A DNA stretch of 64,000 nucleotides from an uncultured Dehalococcoidia bacterium. GTDB taxonomy: Bacteria; Chloroflexota; Dehalococcoidia; Lucifugimonadales; UBA3495. The position numbers and the translations under genes are program-made. The notes under the pieces were generated by a model. The model ran no database searches, had not been told where the DNA came from, and saw only the letters and a program-made list of their open reading frames with translations. The stretch's first letter is position 1; each line of letters opens with the position of its first letter. Shown here piece after piece: positions 43,984 through 53,256 of the stretch. The stretch lies in NCBI GenBank assembly GCA_958296445.1, contig OY282565.1, positions 1,565,570 to 1,629,569 of the forward strand. The letters run 5' to 3'.

Positions 43984-45024
43984 TTAATTTCCGGTTAGGG
44001 CCCACTGGCCCAGCTCGTTGAGCAGGGCCATATCGCCGGGGGGCAAGCCGGCCCCGGACGCGGCGGCTAGGGCGTCGTCCAGCAGTTGTTGCGCCTGGGC
44101 TTCGGCGGCGGCGCGGGAGCCGGTTTCGTCGAGGATTGTTACCATCCGGCGGGCGTCATCCGGTTCTAGGACGCGCTTCATATAGATGGCGCCCAACTCC
44201 CGGCGGGCGGCGATGCTGCCATGCTCTAGGGCGTGAATCAGGGGCAGGCTTTTTTTCTTGCTGATGATGTTGCTGGCGGTTAGGCCGTCGCCTTGTTCGC
44301 CCCATAGCTGGCGGATGTCGCGGGTTATCTGCCAAGCGGCGCCTAGGCGCACCCCCGAGTGCCGTAGGGCGTCGCATTGGGAATCGGGGGCGCCGGCGGC
44401 TAGGGCGCCGGATTCGGCGGCGCAGCCGGTTAAGGCGCCGGCCTTGCGGTTGACCATTTCCAGATAGGCGGCTTTGGTGACCATTAGCTGGGCCTGAAAT
44501 TCCAGGTCTAGGTATTGCCCTTCGCAGAGGGCAAGGCAGGCCGAGTCTAGGGAGCGGACGGCCCGCAGAACGCGATCGGGGGGCGTACCCTGCTGGGCCA
44601 GCCGCATAATGGCGGCGCGGCCCAAAGCGTGCAGGCCGTCCCCGGCGTTGATGGCTTGGGCGGGGCCCCAAACCCACCAGATGCTGGGGCGGTCAACGGT
44701 TTCGGCCCGCCCAATCTGGACTTCGCCGTGAACCAGGGTGAAGTGATGCACCAGCTCCACCCCGGCGGCGGCGGGCAGGGCCGGGCGGAAATCGTCGGCT
44801 AGGGATTGGCAGGATGCTAGGGCCACCGCGCCTTGGAAGTGCAGCGGCGGGCCGCCGCCGGGCTGGGGGATTCCCTGCTGGTCAACCCAGCCGAGGTGAT
44901 AGCGCAACAGGTTGTAGAGGAACCCCTCGCGGCCGGCAAAGATGCCGCGCAGTTCCTGCTCTACTGCCTGCCGGTATTCGTCATATTGGGCAATCATATT
45001 CACCCTAATTTGAGAGAGTTGCAT
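43984..45024 (-). CDS. Polyprenyl synthetase-family protein with both Asp-rich motifs degenerate
   Basis: Family-like 'ELVHHFTLVHGEVQ' sits where 'LIHDDxxD' is expected. 'GAAWQITRDIRQLWG' sits where 'FQxxDDxxD' is expected. Confidence 0.6.
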   Translation of the reverse strand: MQLSQIRVNMIAQYDEYRQAVEQELRGIFAGREGFLYNLLRYHLGWVDQQGIPQPGGGPPLHFQGAVALASCQSLADDFRPALPAAAGVELVHHFTLVHGEVQIGRAETVDRPSIWWVWGPAQAINAGDGLHALGRAAIMRLAQQGTPPDRVLRAVRSLDSACLALCEGQYLDLEFQAQLMVTKAAYLEMVNRKAGALTGCAAESGALAAGAPDSQCDALRHSGVRLGAAWQITRDIRQLWGEQGDGLTASNIISKKKSLPLIHALEHGSIAARRELGAIYMKRVLEPDDARRMVTILDETGSRAAAEAQAQQLLDDALAAASGAGLPPGDMALLNELGQWALTGN

Positions 45025-45105
45025 CCTAACTTCAGATACGGCGACCCGTGACGAAGTGTTGGATGTTGCCCGCTGTGTAGCACTCGCAGCTTAGAGGCGT
45101 GGCGC

Positions 45106-45798
45106 TCACGATTCACTCCCGTTGGTTAGTTCGGTTATGCGCTTGGGGTTCTTGGGTGACAGCGGGTAACACGATTCTAGGCTGTTCAATCCTTCCAAGA
45201 CTTGGATTAGCTGACGCCTCGTCTCGGGGCGGCATTGAACCAGAGCCTTTATCAGTCCTTGAATCTTGCGGTCCGCATTAAGTTGAGCCGAGCTGATTTG
45301 TTGCCGTTGTGGTCTATTGATGATGCCTACTTGGTCGAATACTTTCGCGCTCCATGGATAAGCCCATTTGATTCCCTGCCCATCGGTGTTGGAAGGGGCT
45401 AGGGCTTTGAGTTCGTCCTCGTTGCGCACAGGCACTTGCACGACTTCCACACCGCGTTTTTGCAATAGTGCCAGCTTCTCCATTTTCGCCGGTGTAGGTT
45501 GCGCGGTTACCACCACTTCAATGACCCGCACCGGACGCAGGTCTTTGTCCAGCAACCCCAAATCCGGGATGCAACCACCGATGGGCTGCATTGAATCAGG
45601 TATGACCACTCTGGCGACGCCATCCATCAGGTTGCCGGACATACTGCCGTCAATCGTCTTGACCACCACCGCATCACTACCCTGCAACGCATCCCAGAGC
45701 AGGCCCACAGCGTATTCGTGGAGGAACGATACAGGGAACGCTGGTGTCCCAACGTTCTTGCTCCATTCGGCTTCGGTTAACATTTGATGATTCGGCAT
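45106..45798 (-). CDS. Hypothetical protein (possible PD-(D/E)xK-like nuclease fold)
   Basis: 230-aa ORF, lower GC. 'IPDLGLLDKDLRPVRVIEVVVT' is a weak D...E motif. Confidence 0.35.
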   Translation of the reverse strand: MPNHQMLTEAEWSKNVGTPAFPVSFLHEYAVGLLWDALQGSDAVVVKTIDGSMSGNLMDGVARVVIPDSMQPIGGCIPDLGLLDKDLRPVRVIEVVVTAQPTPAKMEKLALLQKRGVEVVQVPVRNEDELKALAPSNTDGQGIKWAYPWSAKVFDQVGIINRPQRQQISSAQLNADRKIQGLIKALVQCRPETRRQLIQVLEGLNSLESCYPLSPKNPKRITELTNGSES

Positions 45799-45833
45799 TA
45801 CCTGTCCCTCGCGTAGATTTAGGTATGGGTTCC

Positions 45834-46064
45834 TTAATTTAACGGGTGTTCAGAAGTACCGCAATCTCTTGGAGGGGGATGGCGCCTTCCTGATACGGTG
45901 TCGTTTCCGGCGGTCAGGCGCGGCGGTAAGGTGTCGGCCCGGTGCAGCACCAGCGTTAGGGGGCCGGGCCAGTAGGATTCGGCCAGGATGCGGGCGGTGG
46001 CCGGCGTTTCCCGGGCTACGGCGGATAGCTGCTCCGAATCCGCCAGTAGCACGGGCAAGGTCAA
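45834..46064 (-). pseudogene. Truncated copy of the 3' part of tsaC (YrdC/Sua5 domain)
   Basis: 'PVLLADSEQLSAVARETPATARILAESYWPGPLTLVLHRADTLPPRLTAGNDTV' parallels residues of the intact gene at 47856..48488. Its nucleotide stretch aligns to 48175-48305 at high identity by eye, with an internal deletion. Confidence 0.7.
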
Positions 46065-46088
46065 GCAGCATTTTGCTGGGCGCGGTTT

Positions 46089-47846
46089 TTACTGGGTTGC
46101 GGGGTAGCCGGTGGGCGGGGTTGTGCCGTGGAATATGGAGTAGTCGGATATGGGGATGCGCTCTCCGGCTGCGCTGGCCCATACTACTATAGTATAAACG
46201 CCGTTGCCGTGCTGGCTGATGACTTCGGCTAGGTCGGCGGCGGCGGAAAATTGCTGTCCGCTGGCCGTCCATTGCGACGCGGTGATCCAGGGGACGGTCA
46301 GGGTTTGGGCGGGACAAGCGAGCCAGGCGTCGCGGGCTTCTCGGGTGAGTTGGTGGGATTCGTTGTAGGAAATTGGCGCCGGGGCGTCGGGCGGCAGCCG
46401 GTAGGGGTGAAGGCAGCCCCGGTAGGTTGTGCTGTACCAGTGTTCGGGATAGTAGCCGGGGGCGGCCAGCGGGGGGCGCAGGCTGGCGACCCGGAGGTAG
46501 GCGCGGCTGTAAGTTCGGGATAGCTGCCCCCGGGTTAGCGGATGCGGCGGCGGGTCGTAGTGGACGTCTATGCCGAGGTCTGTGTCGTTGGGGAAAGATG
46601 CGCCGTTTCCGGTGGCGCCGGACAGGGACAGGATGCCGTTTTCGATGTTGGGCAGCCGGTCATACTCGATATAGTCGCCCTCAAAGCCCAAGACAAAGGT
46701 AGAGTTGTAGGTGTCCCAGGCTAGGCCGATGTTGACCTTTTTGTTGCGCCGGTCAAGAACGTCGGGGTTGTCCTCGGCCAAGTTTTCCGTCCAATTGAGG
46801 ATTTCCGTCTTGATGTCGCTTTTAGCCCGGTATCCGTCGGACGATGTAATACAGTAGTTCAAGCCGGTTAAGAATGTGTGGTAGGACTGATGGCCGCCGG
46901 CCAGAGTATAGCGCATTTCCGGGTTGAGGCCGTTGCTGCCCCAGTGGGACAAGAAGCAGTTTTCTAGGGAGTCCTCGGCGTGCAATTGGGCGGCGGCGTT
47001 GTCGCCTAGAACCAGCGGGGGCGCTCCGGCTTCCTCGCGCTGGGCGTTAATCAGGGATAGGAGATACAGTTTTTCGCTGTGGTGACGCAAGGGCGGCGGC
47101 GTGGGGGTGGAGTTGGGTATCGGTATCGGGGCGGACGCCGGGCTCGGTGTGGGCATAGATGTAGACGTGGGCGTTGGAATGGGAATGAGAGTCGGCGCCG
47201 GTATCGGCGTAGACGTTGGGCGCGGCGTGGGCGCGGGTGTGGGCATAGGCGAAACCGTGGCAGCAAGCGGCGCTGGCGTAAGGGTGGGCGGGATTGTGGC
47301 GGCCGACGGCATTGGCGTGGGCGTGGGCGTTGAAATGGCGGGGTTGGCTGCCGGGGACGTTTCTTGGGCCTGCCCGGAACCGTTGCCCGAATCCTCTTGT
47401 CCTCGCAGATAGAAGAATGCCCCGGCTCCGACAGCCAGCAGAAGGAATGCGATTAGGAACGGGATTAAGCATCCGCGCCTGGAACCGCCGGGGGTTCCGG
47501 TGTTGCTTGGGCGCGTGTTCTGGGTAGGTTCGTTGCTGGGTATGCCGCCGGCTGGGCGCGTGTTCTGGGCAGGTTCGCCGTTGGGTATGCCGCCGGCTGG
47601 GCGCGTGTTCTGGGCAGGTTCGCTGTTGGGTATCCTGCCGCCTGGGCGCGTGTTTTGGGTAGGTTTGTTGTTGGGTATCCTGCCGCCTGGGCGCGTGTTC
47701 TGGGTAGATTCGCTGCTGGGAGGCGGCACCGGCGGCCGTCTCCGGGATGGGGCCGGTCTATTTCCGGCGCGGCGGGCTTCCTCGCAACTAACACAAGTGC
47801 AGGCTGGCGGATGATTGCGATGATACCAGTTAGTGCGATTCGGCAA
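46089..47846 (-). CDS. Membrane-anchored CAP/SCP (YkwD-like) domain protein with an N-terminal Cys cluster and 15-aa tandem repeats
   Basis: N-terminal 'CTCVSCEE'. About 5 repeats of '(K/E)P(T/A)QNTRP(G/A)G(R/G)IPN'. TM segment 'LIPFLIAFLLLAVGAGAFFYL', then a Pro/Thr linker. CAP-like 'LINAQREEAGAPPLVLGDNAAAQLHAEDS...SHWGSNG'. Confidence 0.6.
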   Translation of the reverse strand: MPNRTNWYHRNHPPACTCVSCEEARRAGNRPAPSRRRPPVPPPSSESTQNTRPGGRIPNNKPTQNTRPGGRIPNSEPAQNTRPAGGIPNGEPAQNTRPAGGIPSNEPTQNTRPSNTGTPGGSRRGCLIPFLIAFLLLAVGAGAFFYLRGQEDSGNGSGQAQETSPAANPAISTPTPTPMPSAATIPPTLTPAPLAATVSPMPTPAPTPRPTSTPIPAPTLIPIPTPTSTSMPTPSPASAPIPIPNSTPTPPPLRHHSEKLYLLSLINAQREEAGAPPLVLGDNAAAQLHAEDSLENCFLSHWGSNGLNPEMRYTLAGGHQSYHTFLTGLNYCITSSDGYRAKSDIKTEILNWTENLAEDNPDVLDRRNKKVNIGLAWDTYNSTFVLGFEGDYIEYDRLPNIENGILSLSGATGNGASFPNDTDLGIDVHYDPPPHPLTRGQLSRTYSRAYLRVASLRPPLAAPGYYPEHWYSTTYRGCLHPYRLPPDAPAPISYNESHQLTREARDAWLACPAQTLTVPWITASQWTASGQQFSAAADLAEVISQHGNGVYTIVVWASAAGERIPISDYSIFHGTTPPTGYPATQ

Positions 47847-47855
47847 GGGTTTTCC

Positions 47856-48488
47856 TCATTTTAGGGTTCGGGTGATTTCGCTGAAGGGGATGGCGCCTTC
47901 CCGGAGCAGCCGGGGGGCGTCGCTAGTGAGGTCAATGATGGTGGAGGGGGCGCCTGCGGGGGTTGGGCCGATGTTTAATATGAGATCCACGCGCCCGCCG
48001 ATTTGGTGGCGCAGTTCCTCGATGCTGCGGGGGTCGGGGGCGCCGCTGATGTTGGCGCTGGTGCCGGTGATGGGGCGCGAAAGCCGCCGGGCCAGCTCGC
48101 GGGGCAGGGGGTGGGCCGGAACGCGGACTGCTACGGTGTCGCTTCCGGCGGTCAGGCGCGGCGGCAAGGCGCGGGCGCGGCGCAGCACTAGGGTCAGGGG
48201 GCCGGGCCAGTAGGATTCGGCTAGGATGCGGGCGGCGTCGGGCGTTTCCCGGGCTACGGCGGATAGCTGCCCGGAATCGGCGAGCAGCACGGGTAGGGCC
48301 AAGCCGTCGGGCCGTTCCTTGATGGCGAATACCCGCTCGATGGCGCCGGGGCTGAAGGCGTCGGCGGCTAGGCCGTAGAGGGTGTCGGTGGGGATGGCGA
48401 TGACGCCGCCCGTCCGCAACAGGCGGGCGGCCAGTTGGATGTCCTGCTCCGGCGGGGCGGGCGGGTTTTCCGGTTGGGCGGCGGTCAA
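47856..48488 (-). CDS. tsaC: L-threonylcarbamoyladenylate synthase (TsaC/YrdC family)
   Basis: 'GGVIAIPTDTLYGLAADA...KERPDGLALPVLL...YWPGPLTLVL...VAVRVPAHP...TSANISG'. Confidence 0.85.
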   Translation of the reverse strand: MTAAQPENPPAPPEQDIQLAARLLRTGGVIAIPTDTLYGLAADAFSPGAIERVFAIKERPDGLALPVLLADSGQLSAVARETPDAARILAESYWPGPLTLVLRRARALPPRLTAGSDTVAVRVPAHPLPRELARRLSRPITGTSANISGAPDPRSIEELRHQIGGRVDLILNIGPTPAGAPSTIIDLTSDAPRLLREGAIPFSEITRTLK

Positions 48489-48593
48489 CTGCGGTACAGT
48501 CCAATGCCGGGATTTGGGGGCCGTCGGCTGGTTTTTAGTATAACATTTGACGCCGGGGGGCCGGGGATTGGGTTGGATTTGGGGATTTTTCGT

Positions 48594-48687
48594 ATTGTCT
48601 GAATCAGGATTTACCGGATTTAGGGATTTTCGGGATTTTCCCCATCGGGCGAATCCTGTAATCCTGAGAATCCTGATTCAGACAATC
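48594..48687. repeat. Family-3 palindromic element (GTCTGAATCAGGATT...AATCCTGATTCAGAC)
   Basis: The terminal inverted repeats are visible directly. Other copies lie at 57959-58050 and 63221-63357. Confidence 0.8.
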
Positions 48688-48758
48688 TTGGCCCATCCCC
48701 GGGAATTGGGCGGGCTTGGTTGACAGGCCAAGGCTGCCCGATTAACCTGAGTGGTGTT

Positions 48759-49193
48759 ATGTCTGTGCCTGAATCGGTTGATCCTAGACGGTTGAGAATT
48801 ACTAACGAGGCGGGAACCGAGGGGACACTTATCGGCTTTCGTTGCCGGGAGTGCGGGGTTTCGGTTTTTGGCCCGGCTACGTTCTGTCAAGCCTGCACTT
48901 CGTTTGAGCTGGAGGCGGCGGACTTGGGGCGGGTTGGGACGCTGTTCAGCTATACGATTGTGCGTATCCCGCCGGCCGGGTGGCCGGGTGCGGTTCCTTA
49001 TGTGCTTGGGCAGGTGGAGCTGCCGGACGGCCCGCAAGTGCTGGCGGAAGTGATTGATTGCGAGCATTCCGCCCTCGCTATTGGTATGCCGGTGGAGCTG
49101 GCGATTGAGGCGGTTGGGGCCCCGGCGGCCAGTGGCGGGGGGAGCGGCGGCGCGGATAAGTTGGTGTACAAGTGGCGGCCTGCGGGGGCGTAG
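48759..49193 (+). CDS. Zn-ribbon/OB-fold protein (DUF35 family, thiolase partner)
   Basis: 'CRECGVSVFGPATFCQAC', then the OB-fold 'GTLFSYTIV...YVLGQVELPDGPQVLAEV'. Start is ATG 48759, or the upstream TTG 48720. Confidence 0.7.
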   Translation: MSVPESVDPRRLRITNEAGTEGTLIGFRCRECGVSVFGPATFCQACTSFELEAADLGRVGTLFSYTIVRIPPAGWPGAVPYVLGQVELPDGPQVLAEVIDCEHSALAIGMPVELAIEAVGAPAASGGGSGGADKLVYKWRPAGA

Positions 49194-49434
49194 CTGGGAG
49201 ACGCCCCCACCCTAACCCTCCCCCGGAGGGGGAGGGAATTCTGCCGGGGGTGTTTTGGGTATAGCGAATAATCACGGCTTGGGCGGTGAGACCCTTCGCT
49301 ACGCTCAGGGTGACAAAACGGGCAGGGTGGCATAGGGTGCAGGGTGATATAAGGGTGCAGGGTGGCATAGGGGAATTTCGCAATTTTCTTGGTGATATTG
49401 AAAAGGGCTAGGAACCTCTGCGGAGGTGGAGATT

Positions 49435-50589
49435 ATGGCGCGGCTTCGACCTGGGCGCGAGGTGGTGGTGGTTGGGGTGGGTTTGCACCCCTTTGGGCGC
49501 TTTCCCGGCAAGGATTTGAGCGAGCTGGCTCTGGAGGCGGTGGTTGAATCGCTGAAAGACGCCGGGGTTCGGTGGCGGGATATTCCCATCGCCTACTTTG
49601 GACACGTCTATTATCAGGGGATGTCGCTGGGGGAAACTACGCTGTCCAAGCTGGGGCTTACCGGTGTGCCTATTGTCAATGTGGAAAACGCCTGCTCCAG
49701 CGGCTCTACCGCTTTCTGGCAAGCCTACTGGGGAATCACTACCGGAATGTATGATATGGCCCTGGCTTTCGGGGCGGAGAAGGTGCCTCGGGGGCCGGTG
49801 ACCGTGACCCCGGACGACGCGCCGGAACGCTACATCGGCGGCGACCACATGATGGCCGGGTACGCTCTGCGGGCCCGCCGCTATATGGAGGAAACCGGGG
49901 CGCCGGTCACTGCTCTGGCCCAGATTTCGGTCAAGGCGCGGCAGAACGCGGCCTTGAATCCTTATGCCCATCGCAAGGACACCTACTCGCTGGAGGAGGT
50001 GTTGCAGTCGCGGCTGGTGGCCGACCCGCTGACTTTGTACCAGTGCTGCCCGACCAGCGAGGGCGCGGCGGCGGCGGTTCTTTGCGCCCGGGATGCGCTG
50101 CGCGGCTACGGGATTGACGCATCGCGGGCGGTGTCGGTTGCGGCGGCGGTGCTTACTTCCGGGGAATACAACGGGCGGGGCGCCGACCATTCGGCGTTTA
50201 GCCCATACCGCACCGAACCGGCGGCTTTGCAAGCATACGAGATGAGCGGGCTGGGGCCGGAGGACGTGGATTTGTGCCAGGTTCACGATGCCGCCACCAT
50301 CGGCGAGTTGCAACAAATCGAGTCGTTGCACCTGACGCCCTTTGGGGAAGCCTGGCAGGCGACGGTGGAGGGCCGCACTGCGCTGACGGGCGACATCCCG
50401 GTCAACACCGACGGCGGGCTGCTGGCTATGGGGCATCCCTTTGGCGCATCGGGCATCCGAATGATTCACGAAACGGTGACGCAACTGCGGCAGGAGGCCG
50501 GCCCGCGCCAAGTGGCCCGCGCCCGCGTCGGCGTGGCCCAATGCTCCGGGGCCGGCGATGTTACCACTGTCCATATTCTTAAGAAGTAG
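49435..50589 (+). CDS. Thiolase-fold protein (SCP-x/lipid-transfer type acetyl-CoA acetyltransferase-like)
   Basis: 'VVVVGVGLHPFGRF', 'VENACSSGSTAF' and 'NTDGGLLAMGHPFGASG'. Confidence 0.8.
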   Translation: MARLRPGREVVVVGVGLHPFGRFPGKDLSELALEAVVESLKDAGVRWRDIPIAYFGHVYYQGMSLGETTLSKLGLTGVPIVNVENACSSGSTAFWQAYWGITTGMYDMALAFGAEKVPRGPVTVTPDDAPERYIGGDHMMAGYALRARRYMEETGAPVTALAQISVKARQNAALNPYAHRKDTYSLEEVLQSRLVADPLTLYQCCPTSEGAAAAVLCARDALRGYGIDASRAVSVAAAVLTSGEYNGRGADHSAFSPYRTEPAALQAYEMSGLGPEDVDLCQVHDAATIGELQQIESLHLTPFGEAWQATVEGRTALTGDIPVNTDGGLLAMGHPFGASGIRMIHETVTQLRQEAGPRQVARARVGVAQCSGAGDVTTVHILKK

Positions 50590-50702
50590 GGGGATTGATT
50601 AACCACAGAGGACACAGAGGGCGCAGAGGTTTTTTTCTGTATCTCCGTGCGCCCGGTGTTCTCTGGGGTTAATTTTCCTTTTCGCGGCGGGTTTGTCTAG
50701 CG

Positions 50703-50999
50703 ATGCCTAGTTATGTGATACTGGCCGCTATGAAGGGCCGGTTCGTGTCGGATTTCGGCAATACTTATGACAACTTCCAGATGATGGGTTATGTTAGCCG
50801 TCCGCAGGGGGAAACCGCTTTTGACGCGGTGGCGGCTTTTTTCGACCAGCCGCCCTATCCTATCCAGTGGCAGGATGTGGAGTATCTGTGGGCTGAGCTG
50901 CTGGGCGAGACGCCGGACAACGCTCATTATGGCGACTATGACCGCGTTTATGTTGAGTCGCTGCGGGAGCGGTGGGAGCGGGGTACGCCCTCACCCTAG
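50703..50999 (+). CDS. Hypothetical protein
   Basis: 98-aa ORF with plausible composition. I recognise no family. Confidence 0.35.
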   Translation: MPSYVILAAMKGRFVSDFGNTYDNFQMMGYVSRPQGETAFDAVAAFFDQPPYPIQWQDVEYLWAELLGETPDNAHYGDYDRVYVESLRERWERGTPSP

Positions 51000-51060
51000 C
51001 CCTCTCCCTCCGGGAGAGGGGATTTTTATGCCCTTTCCCGCAGTGGGGAGAGGGGGTTTT

Positions 51061-51837
51061 TTAGTTGGCTTCGGCCCTTAGCTTGGTGAACTCGGTGCGG
51101 AATCCTTCGGTTATGGCGCGGCGGTCGGTGCCGTGTAGGACGAATCTGGCGCCCTGCTGTATCCAGTAGGCGGAAAGCTCGGGGGACTGGTGATGGACTA
51201 GGGTGGCGATGCCTTTGGCTTCCGATGCGTCTATGACGCGCTTTACTGTCTGCCGGTATTCGGGGCGGTCGTACTGGTCGGGGAAACCTAGGGATATGCT
51301 CATGTCGTTGGGGCCGACAAAGATGCCGTCAATGCCGGGGACGTCTAGGATGGCGTCTAGGTTGTTGACGGCGGCGACGCTTTCGATGCCGATGATGGCG
51401 ATGCTGTTGCGGTTGCGCTCCTCTAGGTAGGCGCGGGTGGCGTCGCTTACGTGTTCGCCGGACTCAACCACGCGGTCAACGGCTTCGCCTTTTAGCGGGC
51501 GCCACTTGGCGGCGGCCACTACTTCCCGGGTCTGCTCCACGGTTTCGCAGTAGGGGGCCAGGATGCCTTGGGCGCCGGCGTCCATCGCCATCGTGACGTA
51601 GTGGGAATCGGGGATGGGGATGCGGACGATAGGCACTACTCCGCTGGTGTTGAACATCGCAAGGTAGTCGCCCAGCTCGGCCCGGCTGCGGGGGTTATGC
51701 TCGGTGTCTATGACGGCGTAGTCCAGCCCGACGCCGGACAGCACGGGAACCCAGCGGGGGCTGCGGCCAATGGTAATCATCGTTCCGAAAACGCGCCCGC
51801 CGTCTTTGAGTGTCTGCTTCAGCTCTGCGCCATTCAT
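51061..51837 (-). CDS. HpcH/HpaI-family aldolase
   Basis: 'GRVFGTMI...YAVIDTEHNP...VRIP...GILAPYCET...IGIESVAAVNNLDAIL...GIDGIFVGPNDMS'. Confidence 0.75.
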   Translation of the reverse strand: MNGAELKQTLKDGGRVFGTMITIGRSPRWVPVLSGVGLDYAVIDTEHNPRSRAELGDYLAMFNTSGVVPIVRIPIPDSHYVTMAMDAGAQGILAPYCETVEQTREVVAAAKWRPLKGEAVDRVVESGEHVSDATRAYLEERNRNSIAIIGIESVAAVNNLDAILDVPGIDGIFVGPNDMSISLGFPDQYDRPEYRQTVKRVIDASEAKGIATLVHHQSPELSAYWIQQGARFVLHGTDRRAITEGFRTEFTKLRAEAN

Positions 51838-52060
51838 TTTCCATTCTCTGATTCAGGAAGTTTTGGGATTCGCCGCCTGCTCTAGGGCGGCGCGATGGGC
51901 AGTATAGCATACCGGGCCGGGCTTTCCGGCTGGGGGTGGTATACTCGGATGATTGGGAAATTTTGCTTTGGCGTTCTGAGCGTAGGGAAGGGTCTTGCCG
52001 CCCAAGGTGAGATTCTTCGCTTTGCTCAGAATGACAGGATGACAGACGGCGGGGGGATGC

Positions 52061-53248
52061 TTGACAGGAATCCAGTATATTGACCGGCAAGAGGTTTGGG
52101 CGCGGGCTGCGGGTGGGTTGTTGGGGGAGACGGCTCTGGCCGTTGATACCGAATCCAACAGTATGTTCGCCTATAGGGAGCGCATTTGTTTGGTGCAGAT
52201 TGCTTATAGCGGGGGCGTTATTATCTTGGATCCGCTGGCGGTGGGGGACTTGTCGGCGTTGGGGCGGTTGCTGGCCTGCGCGGGTACGGTTAAGACGCTG
52301 CATGGCGCATCCTATGACTTGGCCTGCTTTTATAGGGGATATGGATTCCGGGTTGAGAACCTGTTTGATACGGAGGTGGCGGCGCGGTTTCTGGGGCTGC
52401 CGCAGACGAACTTGGCGTCGTCGCTGCAAAGCTGTTTGGGGGTATCCATACCCAAGGATTCGGGCTTGCAGCGTTCCGACTGGAGCAGGCGTCCGCTGGA
52501 GGCAGAGGCGCTGGAGTACGCCGCCGCCGATGTGCGGGATTTGTTGCGGCTGGCCGACGGGTTTCGGGCCCGGCTGGAAAAGCTGGGGCGGCTGGATTGG
52601 GTGTCGGAGGAATGCCGGCGGCTGACGCAGGGCCCGGGGCAGCCGTCGGCTCCGGCGGAACCCGCTTTCCTGCGGGTGAAGGGCGCCTACCGGCTGGGGC
52701 CGCGGGAGCTGGCGGTGCTGCGGGAACTGTGGAGTTTCCGCGAGGCCGAAGCGCAGCGGCGCGACCTGCCGCCTTTCAAGGTTCTGGGCGGCGATGCTCT
52801 GTTGGCATTGGCGCAGTCGTCCCATCCGGCTCAAGCATTTCCGGCGGAAATCCCCGGCCTTTCTGCCGGTGTATGGCGGCGGCTTGGCCCCGGAATCGCG
52901 GCGGCCATTGAACGGGGCCGGAACGGGCCGGAGTTTCACCGCCCGCCCGACGCCGGGCGGCGACTCCAGCATACGCCGGAGTCGGGAACCCGCTTGCGGG
53001 GCTTGAAAAACTGGCGGGACGGCCGGGCCGCCGGATTGGGAATAAACCCGTCGTTGCTTTGGCCTACGCGCAGTCTGGAGCGGATGGCTATGGAGCCGCC
53101 GGAACCGGGCGGGCAAGGGCCGGGCGGCGGCGACCCGGATGTGCGCGACTGGCAGCGCCGGGAGTTTGGCCCGGAACTGGACGCCTTGTGCGCTTTGGAG
53201 TTATGGCGGCAGGGCAGGGCGGTCACCCCGCCCGCGCCGGATGATTAG
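52061..53248 (+). CDS. rnd: Ribonuclease D (DEDD 3'-5' exonuclease plus HRDC)
   Basis: 'LAVDTESNSMFAYRERICLVQIA', 'HGASYDL', 'YAAADVRDLL' and a later HRDC-like 'FKVLGGDALLALAQ'. TTG start; the exact start is uncertain. Confidence 0.75.
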   Translation: MTGIQYIDRQEVWARAAGGLLGETALAVDTESNSMFAYRERICLVQIAYSGGVIILDPLAVGDLSALGRLLACAGTVKTLHGASYDLACFYRGYGFRVENLFDTEVAARFLGLPQTNLASSLQSCLGVSIPKDSGLQRSDWSRRPLEAEALEYAAADVRDLLRLADGFRARLEKLGRLDWVSEECRRLTQGPGQPSAPAEPAFLRVKGAYRLGPRELAVLRELWSFREAEAQRRDLPPFKVLGGDALLALAQSSHPAQAFPAEIPGLSAGVWRRLGPGIAAAIERGRNGPEFHRPPDAGRRLQHTPESGTRLRGLKNWRDGRAAGLGINPSLLWPTRSLERMAMEPPEPGGQGPGGGDPDVRDWQRREFGPELDALCALELWRQGRAVTPPAPDD

Positions 53249-53256
53249 GGATGCCG

